Assembly (NCBI GenBank): GCA_045632485.1
Contig: JAZQWT010000155.1
Location: forward strand, 7,626-71,625
DNA length: 64,000 nucleotides
Direction: 5' to 3'
From: Acutalibacteraceae bacterium
GTDB taxonomy: Bacteria; Bacillota; Clostridia; Oscillospirales; Acutalibacteraceae
The notes under the pieces are model-generated. The model had not been told where the DNA came from, did not search any database, and saw only the letters and a program-made list of their open reading frames with translations. This document shows, piece by piece, positions 1 through 8,966 of this stretch (its first letter is position 1; each line of letters opens with the position of its first letter). A program made the position numbers and the translations under genes.

Positions 1-2093
1 ACAACAATTGCACTAAGTCCACCAAGAACTAACGCTATGTTTGCCAAGCCCATTAATACCGTAGGAATAGGTATCATACCTGCAATGCCTGCGAATACAG
101 ATAAAGCCGCACCCACAGCACCGAGAACCCCTAAAATGCCCGTAATTTTAAGCATTTTCAAGTAGTCAAAATCCAAGAATGTTAATGCACCTATAACCAA
201 GAACAGAGCCGACATACCGCCGAGCATAATAGCCATATTTGCAAGCCCCTTTGCAACAGTAGCAACGGGTATTTTGCCGACTATACCGCCGAAATATGCC
301 AAAGCCGTTCCGACTCCACCCAAAATGGTTACAACACCAAGCACTTCTACAAGTGACTTCATATCGTTCATTTCAGCAAGGTAAGGGGATAATGCCATAA
401 ATGCGACAGCAATTAATGTTATGCCGCCGATTATAATAGCAAGGTTCGCCATACCTTTTAATACTGTTTTGGTGTTGGTTTTTGCAAGGCTGCTGAATAT
501 TCCTGTAATTCCTTTGCCTTTTTCACCGCCGCCGATAATATCGCCCGATTTACTGCCGAACAATTCTGATATAAACGAAGTGACCTTTTTCACTTTTGCA
601 AATGCCATAAATGCCCCTACAAGCCCCAAGACCGCAGGAATGACCTTTTTTATGGATTCTGCATTGTTTTTAAGGAAATCACCAAATTTTTTGAATATAG
701 GGAATTGACCCCCAAAGGCTTCCCCGATTGCTTCACCCAATTGCTTAAGGATATTCGGAATTTCTTTTGCAATTGAACTTATAATATTCGGAAGTGCTTT
801 TACTAATCCGATGAACAAAGATGTAGCCGCTTTTATCAGCGGGGGCAACAATTCATCAATAAGAACGGGTAACTGTTCTTCAATGATTGGTGCTAATTCT
901 TCAATAAGTACGCCTATGCCTGAAAGAGATTTTTGTATAGCAGGTAACAAATTGTTAATTACACCGCCTACCCGCTTACCTGTTTCATCTTCCACGCCGA
1001 CAATGCTTTCTATGAGATTTTTCAAGCATTGGTCGAATTGGTCGCCGCCCTGAATAAGTGCAGGCATTAAATTTCCCCAAGCCGCTCTCATTGAACTAAG
1101 AGAACCTGTAATAGTGGTAGATGCTTCTTTTGCTGTCGTTCCCGTAATTCCCATATGTTCCTGAACAGCGTGAATTGCTTTTACGATATTGCCAAAAGAT
1201 AAATCATCTGCCTTGACACCTGCCGCAATTCCTTCTTTCATCTTTGAAGCATCTTTAACAAGGCGTTCCATTTCAGTCTTAGTGCCGCCGTAGCCCAATT
1301 TCAGATTATCAAGAAGCATATAGTTCTGCTTTGCGAAAGCCTGATACGCATTTTGGATATTTTCCATAGGAGTACCCATTTTATTTGCGTTATCAGCCAT
1401 ATCTATAAGGGCTTGGTCTGCAAGATTAGCGGCTTTGACTGTATCGCCGCCTAAACTTGATACAAGGCTTGCTGAGAAACCTGTTACGGTTGTCATATAA
1501 TCATTTGCAGACAGTCCCGAAGTCTTATAAGCATTATTTGCATTTTTGAACACAATATCTTGTGCTTCAAGCAATTTGTTATATTTGCCTTTTACTTCAT
1601 CAACTGTCTTGCCCGTAAGTTTAGCGTAATCCTCAACACTTTTTGCCCCTTGTGCACCAAAAAGTGTTTCGACACCACCTTTTAACTGTTCAAAATCAGC
1701 GTATGCGGAAACCGATTTAGCAACCAAACTGCCTATCGCCGCAGCACACGCCGTTATTCCAACGGTTAGTGCCTTAAACGATATTGCGGCGGCTTTTTTT
1801 GCAATAGTGCCTAATTTTGAGATTATTGACTGAAGCCCACTTTTTAACTTTGTGAATTTCGTCTTATTTACATCATCAAGCCCTGATTTTGCTTTTTTTG
1901 CCGTTTCCTTTATATCCTTTATGCTTTCATTTGCTTCATCGGCATTTTCTTTCATAGCATCAAAAGCGTCTGAATTAAATGCTGCTTCAATTGACGCTTT
2001 TAATTGCTTGAGTTCTTTTAATATTTCGTGTAGGGGGCTGTCGTCAACATCGAATACAACTTCAACCACATCTTGACGAACAACATCAGCCAT
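1..2093 (-). CDS. Tail tape measure protein, N-terminal ~697 codons (gene runs off left edge)
   Basis: Absent from ORF track because there is no stop in the window. Minus-strand ATG at 2093 follows SD GGGGGAATAAAAAATG, and the frame is open to nt 1. Encodes an LLDNLKLGYGGTK motif (~1290-1330) and Gly/Ala-rich hydrophobic repeats (1-700). Lies directly after the chaperone pair. Confidence 0.8.
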   Translation of the reverse strand, partial: MADVVRQDVVEVVFDVDDSPLHEILKELKQLKASIEAAFNSDAFDAMKENADEANESIKDIKETAKKAKSGLDDVNKTKFTKLKSGLQSIISKLGTIAKKAAAISFKALTVGITACAAAIGSLVAKSVSAYADFEQLKGGVETLFGAQGAKSVEDYAKLTGKTVDEVKGKYNKLLEAQDIVFKNANNAYKTSGLSANDYMTTVTGFSASLVSSLGGDTVKAANLADQALIDMADNANKMGTPMENIQNAYQAFAKQNYMLLDNLKLGYGGTKTEMERLVKDASKMKEGIAAGVKADDLSFGNIVKAIHAVQEHMGITGTTAKEASTTITGSLSSMRAAWGNLMPALIQGGDQFDQCLKNLIESIVGVEDETGKRVGGVINNLLPAIQKSLSGIGVLIEELAPIIEEQLPVLIDELLPPLIKAATSLFIGLVKALPNIISSIAKEIPNILKQLGEAIGEAFGGQFPIFKKFGDFLKNNAESIKKVIPAVLGLVGAFMAFAKVKKVTSFISELFGSKSGDIIGGGEKGKGITGIFSSLAKTNTKTVLKGMANLAIIIGGITLIAVAFMALSPYLAEMNDMKSLVEVLGVVTILGGVGTALAYFGGIVGKIPVATVAKGLANMAIMLGGMSALFLVIGALTFLDFDYLKMLKITGILGVLGAVGAALSVFAGIAGMIPIPTVLMGLANIALVLGGLSAIV

Positions 2094-2109
2094 TTTTTAT
2101 TCCCCCTTA

Positions 2110-2316
2110 TTACTTCTTTTGAAGGGCGGCTTTTTCGGCTTTGAGTTGCATATCAAGTGCCATATTCGCTTCCTCAATTTCTTGCGGGGTCATTTGATTA
2201 AACACCGTGTTATAATCAAACCCCCGCTGACTCAATACAAGCCGCCAAGCGTCCCAATTACTTCTTGCTCTTTCCCTCAGTTGTGCCTTTGTCAGCAGAT
2301 GTGCGAAATTTACCCT
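2110..2316 (-). CDS. gpT-like frameshift extension ORF (+1 frame relative to 2258..2566)
   Basis: Minus-strand frame open from 2316 to TAA at 2110-2112. It continues 49 codons past the chaperone stop (NWDAWRLVLSQRGFDYNTVFNQMTPQEIEEANMALDMQLKAEKAALQKK) and ends 17 nt before the tape measure ATG. Confidence 0.45.
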   Translation of the reverse strand, partial: RVNFAHLLTKAQLRERARSNWDAWRLVLSQRGFDYNTVFNQMTPQEIEEANMALDMQLKAEKAALQKK

Positions 2317-2566
2317 GCATTACATCAGAACCGAAACGAACAACCTCGTTCAAATCATTCATATTGTCAAAATCATCAACAGAAAGACCTTTAGGCTCTA
2401 CAATTACATTTTCAAAAATGTACTCTGCAAGTTTTAAGATACTTGTATTGCCTGAACCCTCAACATAGGAATTGTCAAAACAATTAAGTGCTGCCGAAAG
2501 TCCGTTAAACTGTGCTGTGTACTTTACGCCCTTGATTTCTTTAGTTTCTGTATAAAATTTTGCCAT
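2258..2566 (-). CDS. Tail assembly chaperone (gpG-like)
   Basis: 102-aa ORF between the tube gene and the tape measure gene. An overlapping shifted ORF lies downstream. Call is positional. Confidence 0.65.
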   Translation of the reverse strand: MAKFYTETKEIKGVKYTAQFNGLSAALNCFDNSYVEGSGNTSILKLAEYIFENVIVEPKGLSVDDFDNMNDLNEVVRFGSDVMQGKFRTSADKGTTEGKSKK

Positions 2567-2635
2567 TAGAAAATTTCCTCCTTAAAGTAAAAGGGCGGCA
2601 TTTCGCCACCCTTCATAGTTTTATAAAATTTTTAT

Positions 2636-3031
2636 TTAGATTGATTCAACATCATAGTCAAAGACCTTGAAAACAAATTCCATATCGCTTGCTTCTGCAC
2701 CTCTATCCATAGCAGGGGCAGAAAGTAATCTTGCCTGTGAGCCACCAAAACGCTCCTTGAGAGCCTTGTTTGTGACATACACGGGGAAAGGCGTGGTACG
2801 CTTTCTGAGTCCCATAAGAAAAGACTTCTGAGGGCTTGTAGGCTGAATAGTGATAGTAACCTGTCCCAAGTCATTGTTGACTTCGTTTACAACCACATCG
2901 CCCTGTGCTCCCACAACGGGATTGATGTAATCTTCGTCTTTTTCGCCCGATACCATATCTTCGCCAAGACCTGTAATAAATACATTATCGACTGTAATTG
3001 TAGAATCTTTTGCATTGTATTTTGTAATCAT
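2636..3031 (-). CDS. Tail tube / major tail subunit (positional)
   Basis: 131-aa ORF directly upstream of the chaperone genes with good SD. No enzymatic motifs. Confidence 0.55.
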   Translation of the reverse strand: MITKYNAKDSTITVDNVFITGLGEDMVSGEKDEDYINPVVGAQGDVVVNEVNNDLGQVTITIQPTSPQKSFLMGLRKRTTPFPVYVTNKALKERFGGSQARLLSAPAMDRGAEASDMEFVFKVFDYDVESI

Positions 3032-3062
3032 TTTTCAGACCTCCTTATGAAAAAAGAGTCTG

Positions 3063-3935
3063 CTATAAGCAAACTCTCTTTACATATTCATCAAATTGTT
3101 TTTTTGTATTATTGCCATAGCCATAAATACTATGAAAGTTTTTGTGACAACACTCACATAAAGTAACAGCATTATTAATATCAGTTCTTTTTTCGGGATT
3201 GTTAGCATATCCGTCAAGATGATGAACATTTTTATTTGTAGTTGAACCACATATAACACATTGTTTATCTCTCGCAAAAACTGATTTTCTAAATGCCTTG
3301 TACTTTTCTTCTTTTCTTCCTATCCCTATTCGGTCATATTCGGATAAAGAGGGGTTAAAACTCGGATTATTATTGCCAAGAAATTTAAGTCTTTTGCAAT
3401 TTGCACAATTGTAACCTTTTTTGAAGTTGTTAAGACTCATATGAGCCACTTGACCGCACTCAGGACACAAATATTCAAGTAATGCGTGTGCATTGCTGTA
3501 TTCCGTTGATAACAACACCGCACCACGCTTTGTGAATATTTCTCTGACCTGTTCTATAGTATATCGCTTTTTGGCGGTTGTCTTTTCAACTGCACATTTC
3601 TTGCACCGTTGACCTTTTTTGAAAACCGAAAAGCGTATTTCAGCCACATTTCCGCAGGAACATTTGTATTTTAACGGCGTATAACTATTTTTATATTCAG
3701 CAGATAATAATTCACAACCATTATCTGCAAAATATTGTTTTACCTCATTATAATTCCAATTATGTCCTTGATTTGTGCCAAGCGGTCTAAATTCAAGCCC
3801 GTATTCTGAAAACCAACTTTCCAAAGTTTTTTGTCCTATATGGTAATGCTTGAGCAATTCCCTTTTTGACATACATTGTTCAAAGTACAATTTTTGTAAC
3901 TCTTCTTTTTTTGGCAACATAGAAAATACCCCCAT
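3063..3935 (-). CDS. HNH homing endonuclease
   Basis: C-terminal HNH motif (VHHLDGY...NAVTLCECCHKNFH) and two CxxC...CxxC zinc-ribbon repeats. Inserted between the sheath-like and tube genes. Likely start is ATG 3920 (GGGGG SD). Confidence 0.8.
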   Translation of the reverse strand: MGVFSMLPKKEELQKLYFEQCMSKRELLKHYHIGQKTLESWFSEYGLEFRPLGTNQGHNWNYNEVKQYFADNGCELLSAEYKNSYTPLKYKCSCGNVAEIRFSVFKKGQRCKKCAVEKTTAKKRYTIEQVREIFTKRGAVLLSTEYSNAHALLEYLCPECGQVAHMSLNNFKKGYNCANCKRLKFLGNNNPSFNPSLSEYDRIGIGRKEEKYKAFRKSVFARDKQCVICGSTTNKNVHHLDGYANNPEKRTDINNAVTLCECCHKNFHSIYGYGNNTKKQFDEYVKRVCL

Positions 3936-3986
3936 AGGTATATTTTACCAATTTACTATGTTGTTGTCAATGGAAAATTTCAGAGT

Positions 3987-4973
3987 TTAGGCTACTGATA
4001 TTTCACCGACTACCTCTACTTCGTGCACCGCACCTGCGAGAGTGAAAGCAAACTGACCGCCCTTATACTTACGAGCGGCAATATCACCTTCGGGAACTTC
4101 GGAACGGAGTGCAAAATTAACAGCATAAAGGGGATTTCCTTCTGCATCTACTGCAATCATTCCCTTGTTGTAAGCCGATTTAAGGATATTGAATACACAG
4201 TTTTCAAGTTGTGCAATACCTCTATCATCGTAAGGAATTTTTGCAGATGAATTAAGTAAGCCCTGAACGCTGTTTGTAATCTGCTGAATGATGTAGTCTT
4301 TGCAGTCAACAACATCAACATATTCACCGCTTGTTACAAATCCTTCGGAAGTAACAATATCGCCTGCCTTTTTCAGAATTGTAATAGCGTTGGCTTCGTG
4401 AATAGCCGTGATTTCGGTTTCCGTAAGGTTTTCAGGTGTAATACCATTGATGATGATATTCTTGTAAGTGATTGAACCGACTTCATAACCTGCGGTAGCA
4501 CCTGCAACAGCCGCCGCCGCTAACTGTGCTTCCGTCTTGTGTACAACAGCAACAACTCTGTCACTTGCTGTAAGAGCCTGTGCTTCGGTTGCGGATTTAC
4601 AACCAACAAAGATTATCTTGTCATTTGAAGCACTTATGTAAGTGATACCTGTTGTGAGTTCTTCTTCGCTGTATTCACCTGCGAGAACAACCTGACGGAA
4701 ACTTTCGCCTGCAACAGCCGCAAGAGATTCAGCAGTAACGGCAGTAAGACCGCCTACCGCAATCTTTGCAGGGCAAGGATTCTGAGCGAACATAACAGCC
4801 GCTAACTTGTAAGTGTCAGTTGTTTCCGCAAAACCTGCCGCTACAACATCGGCAATACTTGCACATTCTGTGTAAGCAACGACTTTATCACCCTTGCTTA
4901 CAATAAGAGGATAGCCCCAATCAAGTGAGGCTGTGGGTTTCAAAAGGTCAATTTTAACCTTTACATCAAGCAT
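3987..4973 (-). CDS. Tail sheath-like / major tail protein (positional)
   Basis: 328-aa ORF upstream of the tube gene in the tail module. No catalytic motifs. Could alternatively be a siphovirus-type major tail protein. Confidence 0.45.
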   Translation of the reverse strand: MLDVKVKIDLLKPTASLDWGYPLIVSKGDKVVAYTECASIADVVAAGFAETTDTYKLAAVMFAQNPCPAKIAVGGLTAVTAESLAAVAGESFRQVVLAGEYSEEELTTGITYISASNDKIIFVGCKSATEAQALTASDRVVAVVHKTEAQLAAAAVAGATAGYEVGSITYKNIIINGITPENLTETEITAIHEANAITILKKAGDIVTSEGFVTSGEYVDVVDCKDYIIQQITNSVQGLLNSSAKIPYDDRGIAQLENCVFNILKSAYNKGMIAVDAEGNPLYAVNFALRSEVPEGDIAARKYKGGQFAFTLAGAVHEVEVVGEISVA

Positions 4974-5022
4974 ATAATGCCCTCCTTAGTTAAATTAAAT
5001 AAAACCGCTTATCTGCGGTCTT

Positions 5023-5313
5023 TTACATAGTTTCTGTTTCTGTGTTACCGCCGAAAATCTGATTTTCAGGGACTTCGGATTCGGGTACTACTACGAACAA
5101 AGAAAAATCCGTAGCAGGGGAGAAAACTCCGTATCTGTAATAACAGATTTCTTCGGGATAAGGGTCACGGGGATTTCCCTCATCATCTGTAAAACCTGTG
5201 TGTAAAGCTCTGTCCCAAAAAACATAGCCGTCATTCATCTGAACAACAACTCTGCCCCACTGATTAAGTGTTACATCTGCGTGAGGAATCACGGGAAGAA
5301 TTATTTCACTCAT
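5023..5313 (-). CDS. Hypothetical structural-module protein
   Basis: 96-aa ORF with SD, in series with the tail genes. Confidence 0.5.
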   Translation of the reverse strand: MSEIILPVIPHADVTLNQWGRVVVQMNDGYVFWDRALHTGFTDDEGNPRDPYPEEICYYRYGVFSPATDFSLFVVVPESEVPENQIFGGNTETETM

Positions 5314-5325
5314 AAAAACAACTCC

Positions 5326-6801
5326 TTATATATAGTTCCAATTCTTTGTATTAAGCATAGCAATATGCTCTTCGTCTATTTTTGCTATGTTAGTGCTTCC
5401 TACTTGGAAAGTCTGATATGTTTGTCCTGTTAAGTCAGCAAGGTTTTCAATCATCTTGTGTAAACTCTCTTGTGTGAGTTTATTTAATCCTGATAAATTA
5501 ATTGTGATATTCCAACCCTCATATACCGACACTTCTGTCAAAAGAAAGCATTGTCCGAAAGCATTACTCGCAATCGTGGGAGGCTGTCCCGTTGGTTTCT
5601 GAAAGGTGATACTTGTTAGTCCTGTTCTATGAAATGCTTGTGCTTCTATTGAAACAAGTCCAGCACTAAATGTAATTTGAGTAAGATTCATATTTTCATT
5701 AAAACAAGCCTGCCCGAATGTTGTTATGTTTTCAAGGTTAATATCTTTTAATGAATAACAATAAGAAAAGCAGTCACGGGAAATTGTAGTTAATGAATCG
5801 TTAAGAATTACTTTTTCAAGGGCATACATTCTACTACAATAATAATCGGGCAAAGTAGAATATACATTATGGCTAATATCAAACTCTCGCAGACTTGCCA
5901 AACCAACAATACCTATTCTTGAAGTAAGGCTATCGGGTATCCGCACTCTTTCACAATTAACCATAAAACAAAACTCTGTGCGTGTAATTCCGTCAGGCAC
6001 ATATACTTGTTTAATTTTAGGTAAATACGGCACTATTTCGGGGCGTACACTCAACACTATGCTTGCCGCACCGCTGTTTGCGTACCAACCACAATTATTC
6101 TTACTTTCGTTAGAAGGATAATCTATTACCCACCGCATTGTCCCTTTTTCAGTAACTTCCCAATGTGTGTTATCACCTGTATAGGCTTTGCCACTTGCGA
6201 TAATCGGGCTGTCATCGTCCCAATCGGGAAGCGGTTTAACATCAACATCAATATTCACCCCTGAAAACACCTTGTTTTCATCGGGTAAGACTTTGTAAGA
6301 GCCGTTTTCTGTGACGGCAAGTGTCTTTTCTTGTTCTTCTTTTATCGGAATAGCAACATTAACCTTTGAAAGACCTGTGTAGCCCTCGTCTGCCGTAACT
6401 TCTCCGTTCTCCATTACCGTCTTTTCCTGTAAGGTGATTGATTTTTGACTTGCTTCGTAACCTTCGGGATAGCCCTTATCATAACCTTTGTCATAGCCCT
6501 CATTGTAACCCTCACTATAACCTTCGTCATATTTAAGTGGAACATCAACATTAACCGTTGCGGAAGATAACACCTTGCCTGCATCGGGAACAATGTCATA
6601 AGAGCCATTCTCCGTAACTTCAAGAGCCTTTGTCTGTTCCTCTTTTCGGAGTTGTCTTATCTTACTTGCATATTGCGATGTCTTTGTACCCGAAGGAATA
6701 GGAATACCGCTATCTTCAATCGCAGTTTCGATATTATTAAAGTCAGTAATAGCCTTTTTTATGTTTTCTTCAAGCGTTCTATCTGCCATTGTTAATATCA
6801 C
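5326..6801 (-). CDS. BspA-type leucine-rich-repeat protein with duplicated N-terminal module
   Basis: C-terminal LRRs (ISRDCFSYCYSLKDINL, FGQACFNENMNLTQITF, IEAQAFHRTGLTSITF). Duplicated EEQxKxLxVTENGSY..PD..KV module. (E/K)GY tandem repeats. Likely start is ATG 6789. Confidence 0.65.
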   Translation of the reverse strand: MILTMADRTLEENIKKAITDFNNIETAIEDSGIPIPSGTKTSQYASKIRQLRKEEQTKALEVTENGSYDIVPDAGKVLSSATVNVDVPLKYDEGYSEGYNEGYDKGYDKGYPEGYEASQKSITLQEKTVMENGEVTADEGYTGLSKVNVAIPIKEEQEKTLAVTENGSYKVLPDENKVFSGVNIDVDVKPLPDWDDDSPIIASGKAYTGDNTHWEVTEKGTMRWVIDYPSNESKNNCGWYANSGAASIVLSVRPEIVPYLPKIKQVYVPDGITRTEFCFMVNCERVRIPDSLTSRIGIVGLASLREFDISHNVYSTLPDYYCSRMYALEKVILNDSLTTISRDCFSYCYSLKDINLENITTFGQACFNENMNLTQITFSAGLVSIEAQAFHRTGLTSITFQKPTGQPPTIASNAFGQCFLLTEVSVYEGWNITINLSGLNKLTQESLHKMIENLADLTGQTYQTFQVGSTNIAKIDEEHIAMLNTKNWNYI

Positions 6802-7333
6802 CTGCCAATCTCTTTTCTAAGAGTTCATTGAGTTCATCTTCGGTCATTCCCTGTTCGATATTTGTATCAGCGATTTCAACAAAATCAATCGTTTCTGAGT
6901 AAGTCGGTTCTTCTATCTCTGAATAGCCCCAAAAAACAGCGTCAAAGCCGTTTTTGTACTCATATTCAACAGAAAGTACATTGTCACGGTTGTTAATACT
7001 TGTACACCGCTGACATATAACATCATTGTCATTAAGATAAATTGTTCCGACACGCTCTAACCATTGCTTCGCCTTGCTTGCCAATTCAATACTTTCAGAA
7101 TTTGTTGCGGCAACAGCCGAAATACTCCAAGTCTGCGTTACGGCTTTTCTGTCGATTCCGTCCTCATACTCTCCGTATGTGCCGTTGTTTTCTGATTCAA
7201 GCGTTGTAATGGTATATGACACATAAGGATATTGGGGTGGTGTTTCGTTTTGATTGCTACGAATTACAGGAACACCTAAATAGTTTTTAAGCCCCGTAAC
7301 GACACACTGCCTTATTTTGTCGGTATCAATCAT
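6779..7333 (-). CDS. Hypothetical neck/tail-completion protein
   Basis: 184-aa ORF coupled to its neighbours in the head-tail joining block. Confidence 0.5.
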   Translation of the reverse strand: MIDTDKIRQCVVTGLKNYLGVPVIRSNQNETPPQYPYVSYTITTLESENNGTYGEYEDGIDRKAVTQTWSISAVAATNSESIELASKAKQWLERVGTIYLNDNDVICQRCTSINNRDNVLSVEYEYKNGFDAVFWGYSEIEEPTYSETIDFVEIADTNIEQGMTEDELNELLEKRLAGDINNGR

Positions 7334-7740
7334 TCTGTCACCACCTCATTTCCCGTTGTATTAAATGCCGATTGATATTTAAGAGTATAGGCAAAAACGC
7401 CCGTAAATGCCGCATTTTCGAGTTTGCTTTCAACACGGTACATTTTCCCCTCGTCAACAACCAAAGCCCCTTGCAAGTCAAAAGAAAGAGGTTCAAGCAT
7501 ATATAACGCTTTATCTTGCTGTGTTAAAGTTCCCGCAGAGCGAAATACCTTGTTTTCACGGTGAGAGATTATAGCACCGTCAAATGTAATTTCTGTCGGT
7601 TCGCCTTTTACATAATCACCCAAATTGTCGTATTTCCCTGTTGCAGGCAATTTAGCGGTCAATGTCTTTGAGTATTTGCGAATCAGGTTTGAAAAATTGA
7701 AATATTGCACACTCAGACACCGCCTTTTTTCACTCTCCAA
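7330..7740 (-). CDS. Hypothetical head-tail joining protein
   Basis: 136-aa ORF whose stop/start overlaps the neighbours. Confidence 0.5.
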   Translation of the reverse strand: MESEKRRCLSVQYFNFSNLIRKYSKTLTAKLPATGKYDNLGDYVKGEPTEITFDGAIISHRENKVFRSAGTLTQQDKALYMLEPLSFDLQGALVVDEGKMYRVESKLENAAFTGVFAYTLKYQSAFNTTGNEVVTE

Positions 7741-8249
7741 GTAATGCCCTCTATCATACTACCTGAAGATTTGTTTTCTCCACCGCCAACAAGCGGATTG
7801 CTACTGCCCTTTTGCTCAATGGTGAACGGGTGATTAGGCGGGTTCGACAACTCTATTGCATAATTCTTTATTTTCGTTGCCAACATCTGTCCCACCATAT
7901 CAAACAACTGCTGTTCACTCATTCTGCCGTTCAGCACTTGCACAATAACCTTACTTACCTTTTCCATTACAGCCTTTGCTTCTTTGTCGTGCCCTGCTCT
8001 AAGGAAAGACCTTTCAGGTATGCGTATATGTGTTGTATTTTTCGACAAATGCAATCCTTGAGCGTGTAAATAAGCCCTCATTTTCGGTGTAACTTCAATG
8101 TTACAGCCGTATTCGTGTATCGCTGCCAACCAACTATGTTCACCCTCTATACAGCCAACCTCAATGCTTGTACTGTTGATTGTTTTTATAGTCCGAATCA
8201 TTTGAGGGAATTTGTCTATTTTGGTTGTATATTTTATTCCCATTAACAA
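7713..8249 (-). CDS. HK97 gp10-like / virion morphogenesis-like neck protein
   Basis: 178 aa with ERSFLR and PPNHPFT...KGSSNPLVGGG patterns reminiscent of tail-completion proteins. Position lies between the connector and tail genes. Confidence 0.4.
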   Translation of the reverse strand: MLMGIKYTTKIDKFPQMIRTIKTINSTSIEVGCIEGEHSWLAAIHEYGCNIEVTPKMRAYLHAQGLHLSKNTTHIRIPERSFLRAGHDKEAKAVMEKVSKVIVQVLNGRMSEQQLFDMVGQMLATKIKNYAIELSNPPNHPFTIEQKGSSNPLVGGGENKSSGSMIEGITWRVKKGGV

Positions 8250-8255
8250 ACCCCC

Positions 8256-8615
8256 TCATTGCCATTTTCTTTGAGCAGGTACAAACCTTATGCGGGGCTT
8301 TATCCACTCTGCAAGCAACTCTTCAGCATATTGCCACAATGCAGCCGTTTTATCAGAAACAAAACTTTGAGAAAGCCCCTCAATGCTCTCACTCGCCACA
8401 CCGCCCGATGTTGACATAATATCAAAATAACGGAGTACAAATAATTTGACGGGGGCAGGCAAATTTGCCAAGTCCTCGTCTTTATTGTAATCAAAATCAA
8501 GCGTTGTGTTGTCTTTCACCCAATGCAATGCACTTTCGGTTAAAAGAACGCTGTAATCATTTATCGGGGCAATCCCAAGTTTAAGACTCTTTACTTGTTC
8601 CGCTGTCATTGTCAA
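8256..8615 (-). CDS. Head-tail connector-like protein
   Basis: 119-aa ORF downstream of the capsid gene. Call is positional. Confidence 0.45.
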   Translation of the reverse strand: MTMTAEQVKSLKLGIAPINDYSVLLTESALHWVKDNTTLDFDYNKDEDLANLPAPVKLFVLRYFDIMSTSGGVASESIEGLSQSFVSDKTAALWQYAEELLAEWIKPRIRFVPAQRKWQ

Positions 8616-8772
8616 TCACCGCCGTTTCAGTCACCTTTTTTACAGGTTTCTCTTTCTTTTTCGGCGTGATTTGTTTCTTAATTGCTTTTGTTTCGGTGTT
8701 TTTCGGCTCTGCCTTAATAAGAGGTCTGCCGTTTGCCCTTATATCAAGCAATTTGTTTTCAAATGCACCCAT
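8581..8772 (-). CDS. Small Lys-rich hypothetical protein
   Basis: ATG at 8772 after a GGAGGG SD; the track start at 8778 is TTG. Confidence 0.4.
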   Translation of the reverse strand: MGAFENKLLDIRANGRPLIKAEPKNTETKAIKKQITPKKKEKPVKKVTETAVIDNDSGTSKES

Positions 8773-8774
8773 TA

Positions 8775-8921
8775 TCAACCCTCCTTGCTTGTTTTAGGCT
8801 TTTTGGGAGGTTTCTTTGCTTCTTCCTGTTCAATAACAGGTGTTTCCGCAACTGCCTGTTCTGCGGCTTTTCTCTTTGCCGCCTGTGCCTTTTTGCGTCT
8901 TATCCAAAATGTTGCTGACAC
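8775..8921 (-). CDS. Small Lys/Ala-rich hypothetical protein (GTG start)
   Basis: 48 codons, below the track cutoff. GGAGGGATTAAAAGTG start context. Ends with TGA overlapping the next SD. Confidence 0.35.
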   Translation of the reverse strand: MSATFWIRRKKAQAAKRKAAEQAVAETPVIEQEEAKKPPKKPKTSKEG

Positions 8922-8966
8922 TTTTAATCCCTCCTTTAATCAATTGCATTAAATATAGAAAATGCC

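Noticed and set aside
2270-2276. The canonical -1 slippery heptamer G-GGA-AAG as the tail-chaperone frameshift site.
   Set aside because: The -1 frame from this site terminates after 12 codons. The only long extension ORF is in the +1 frame.
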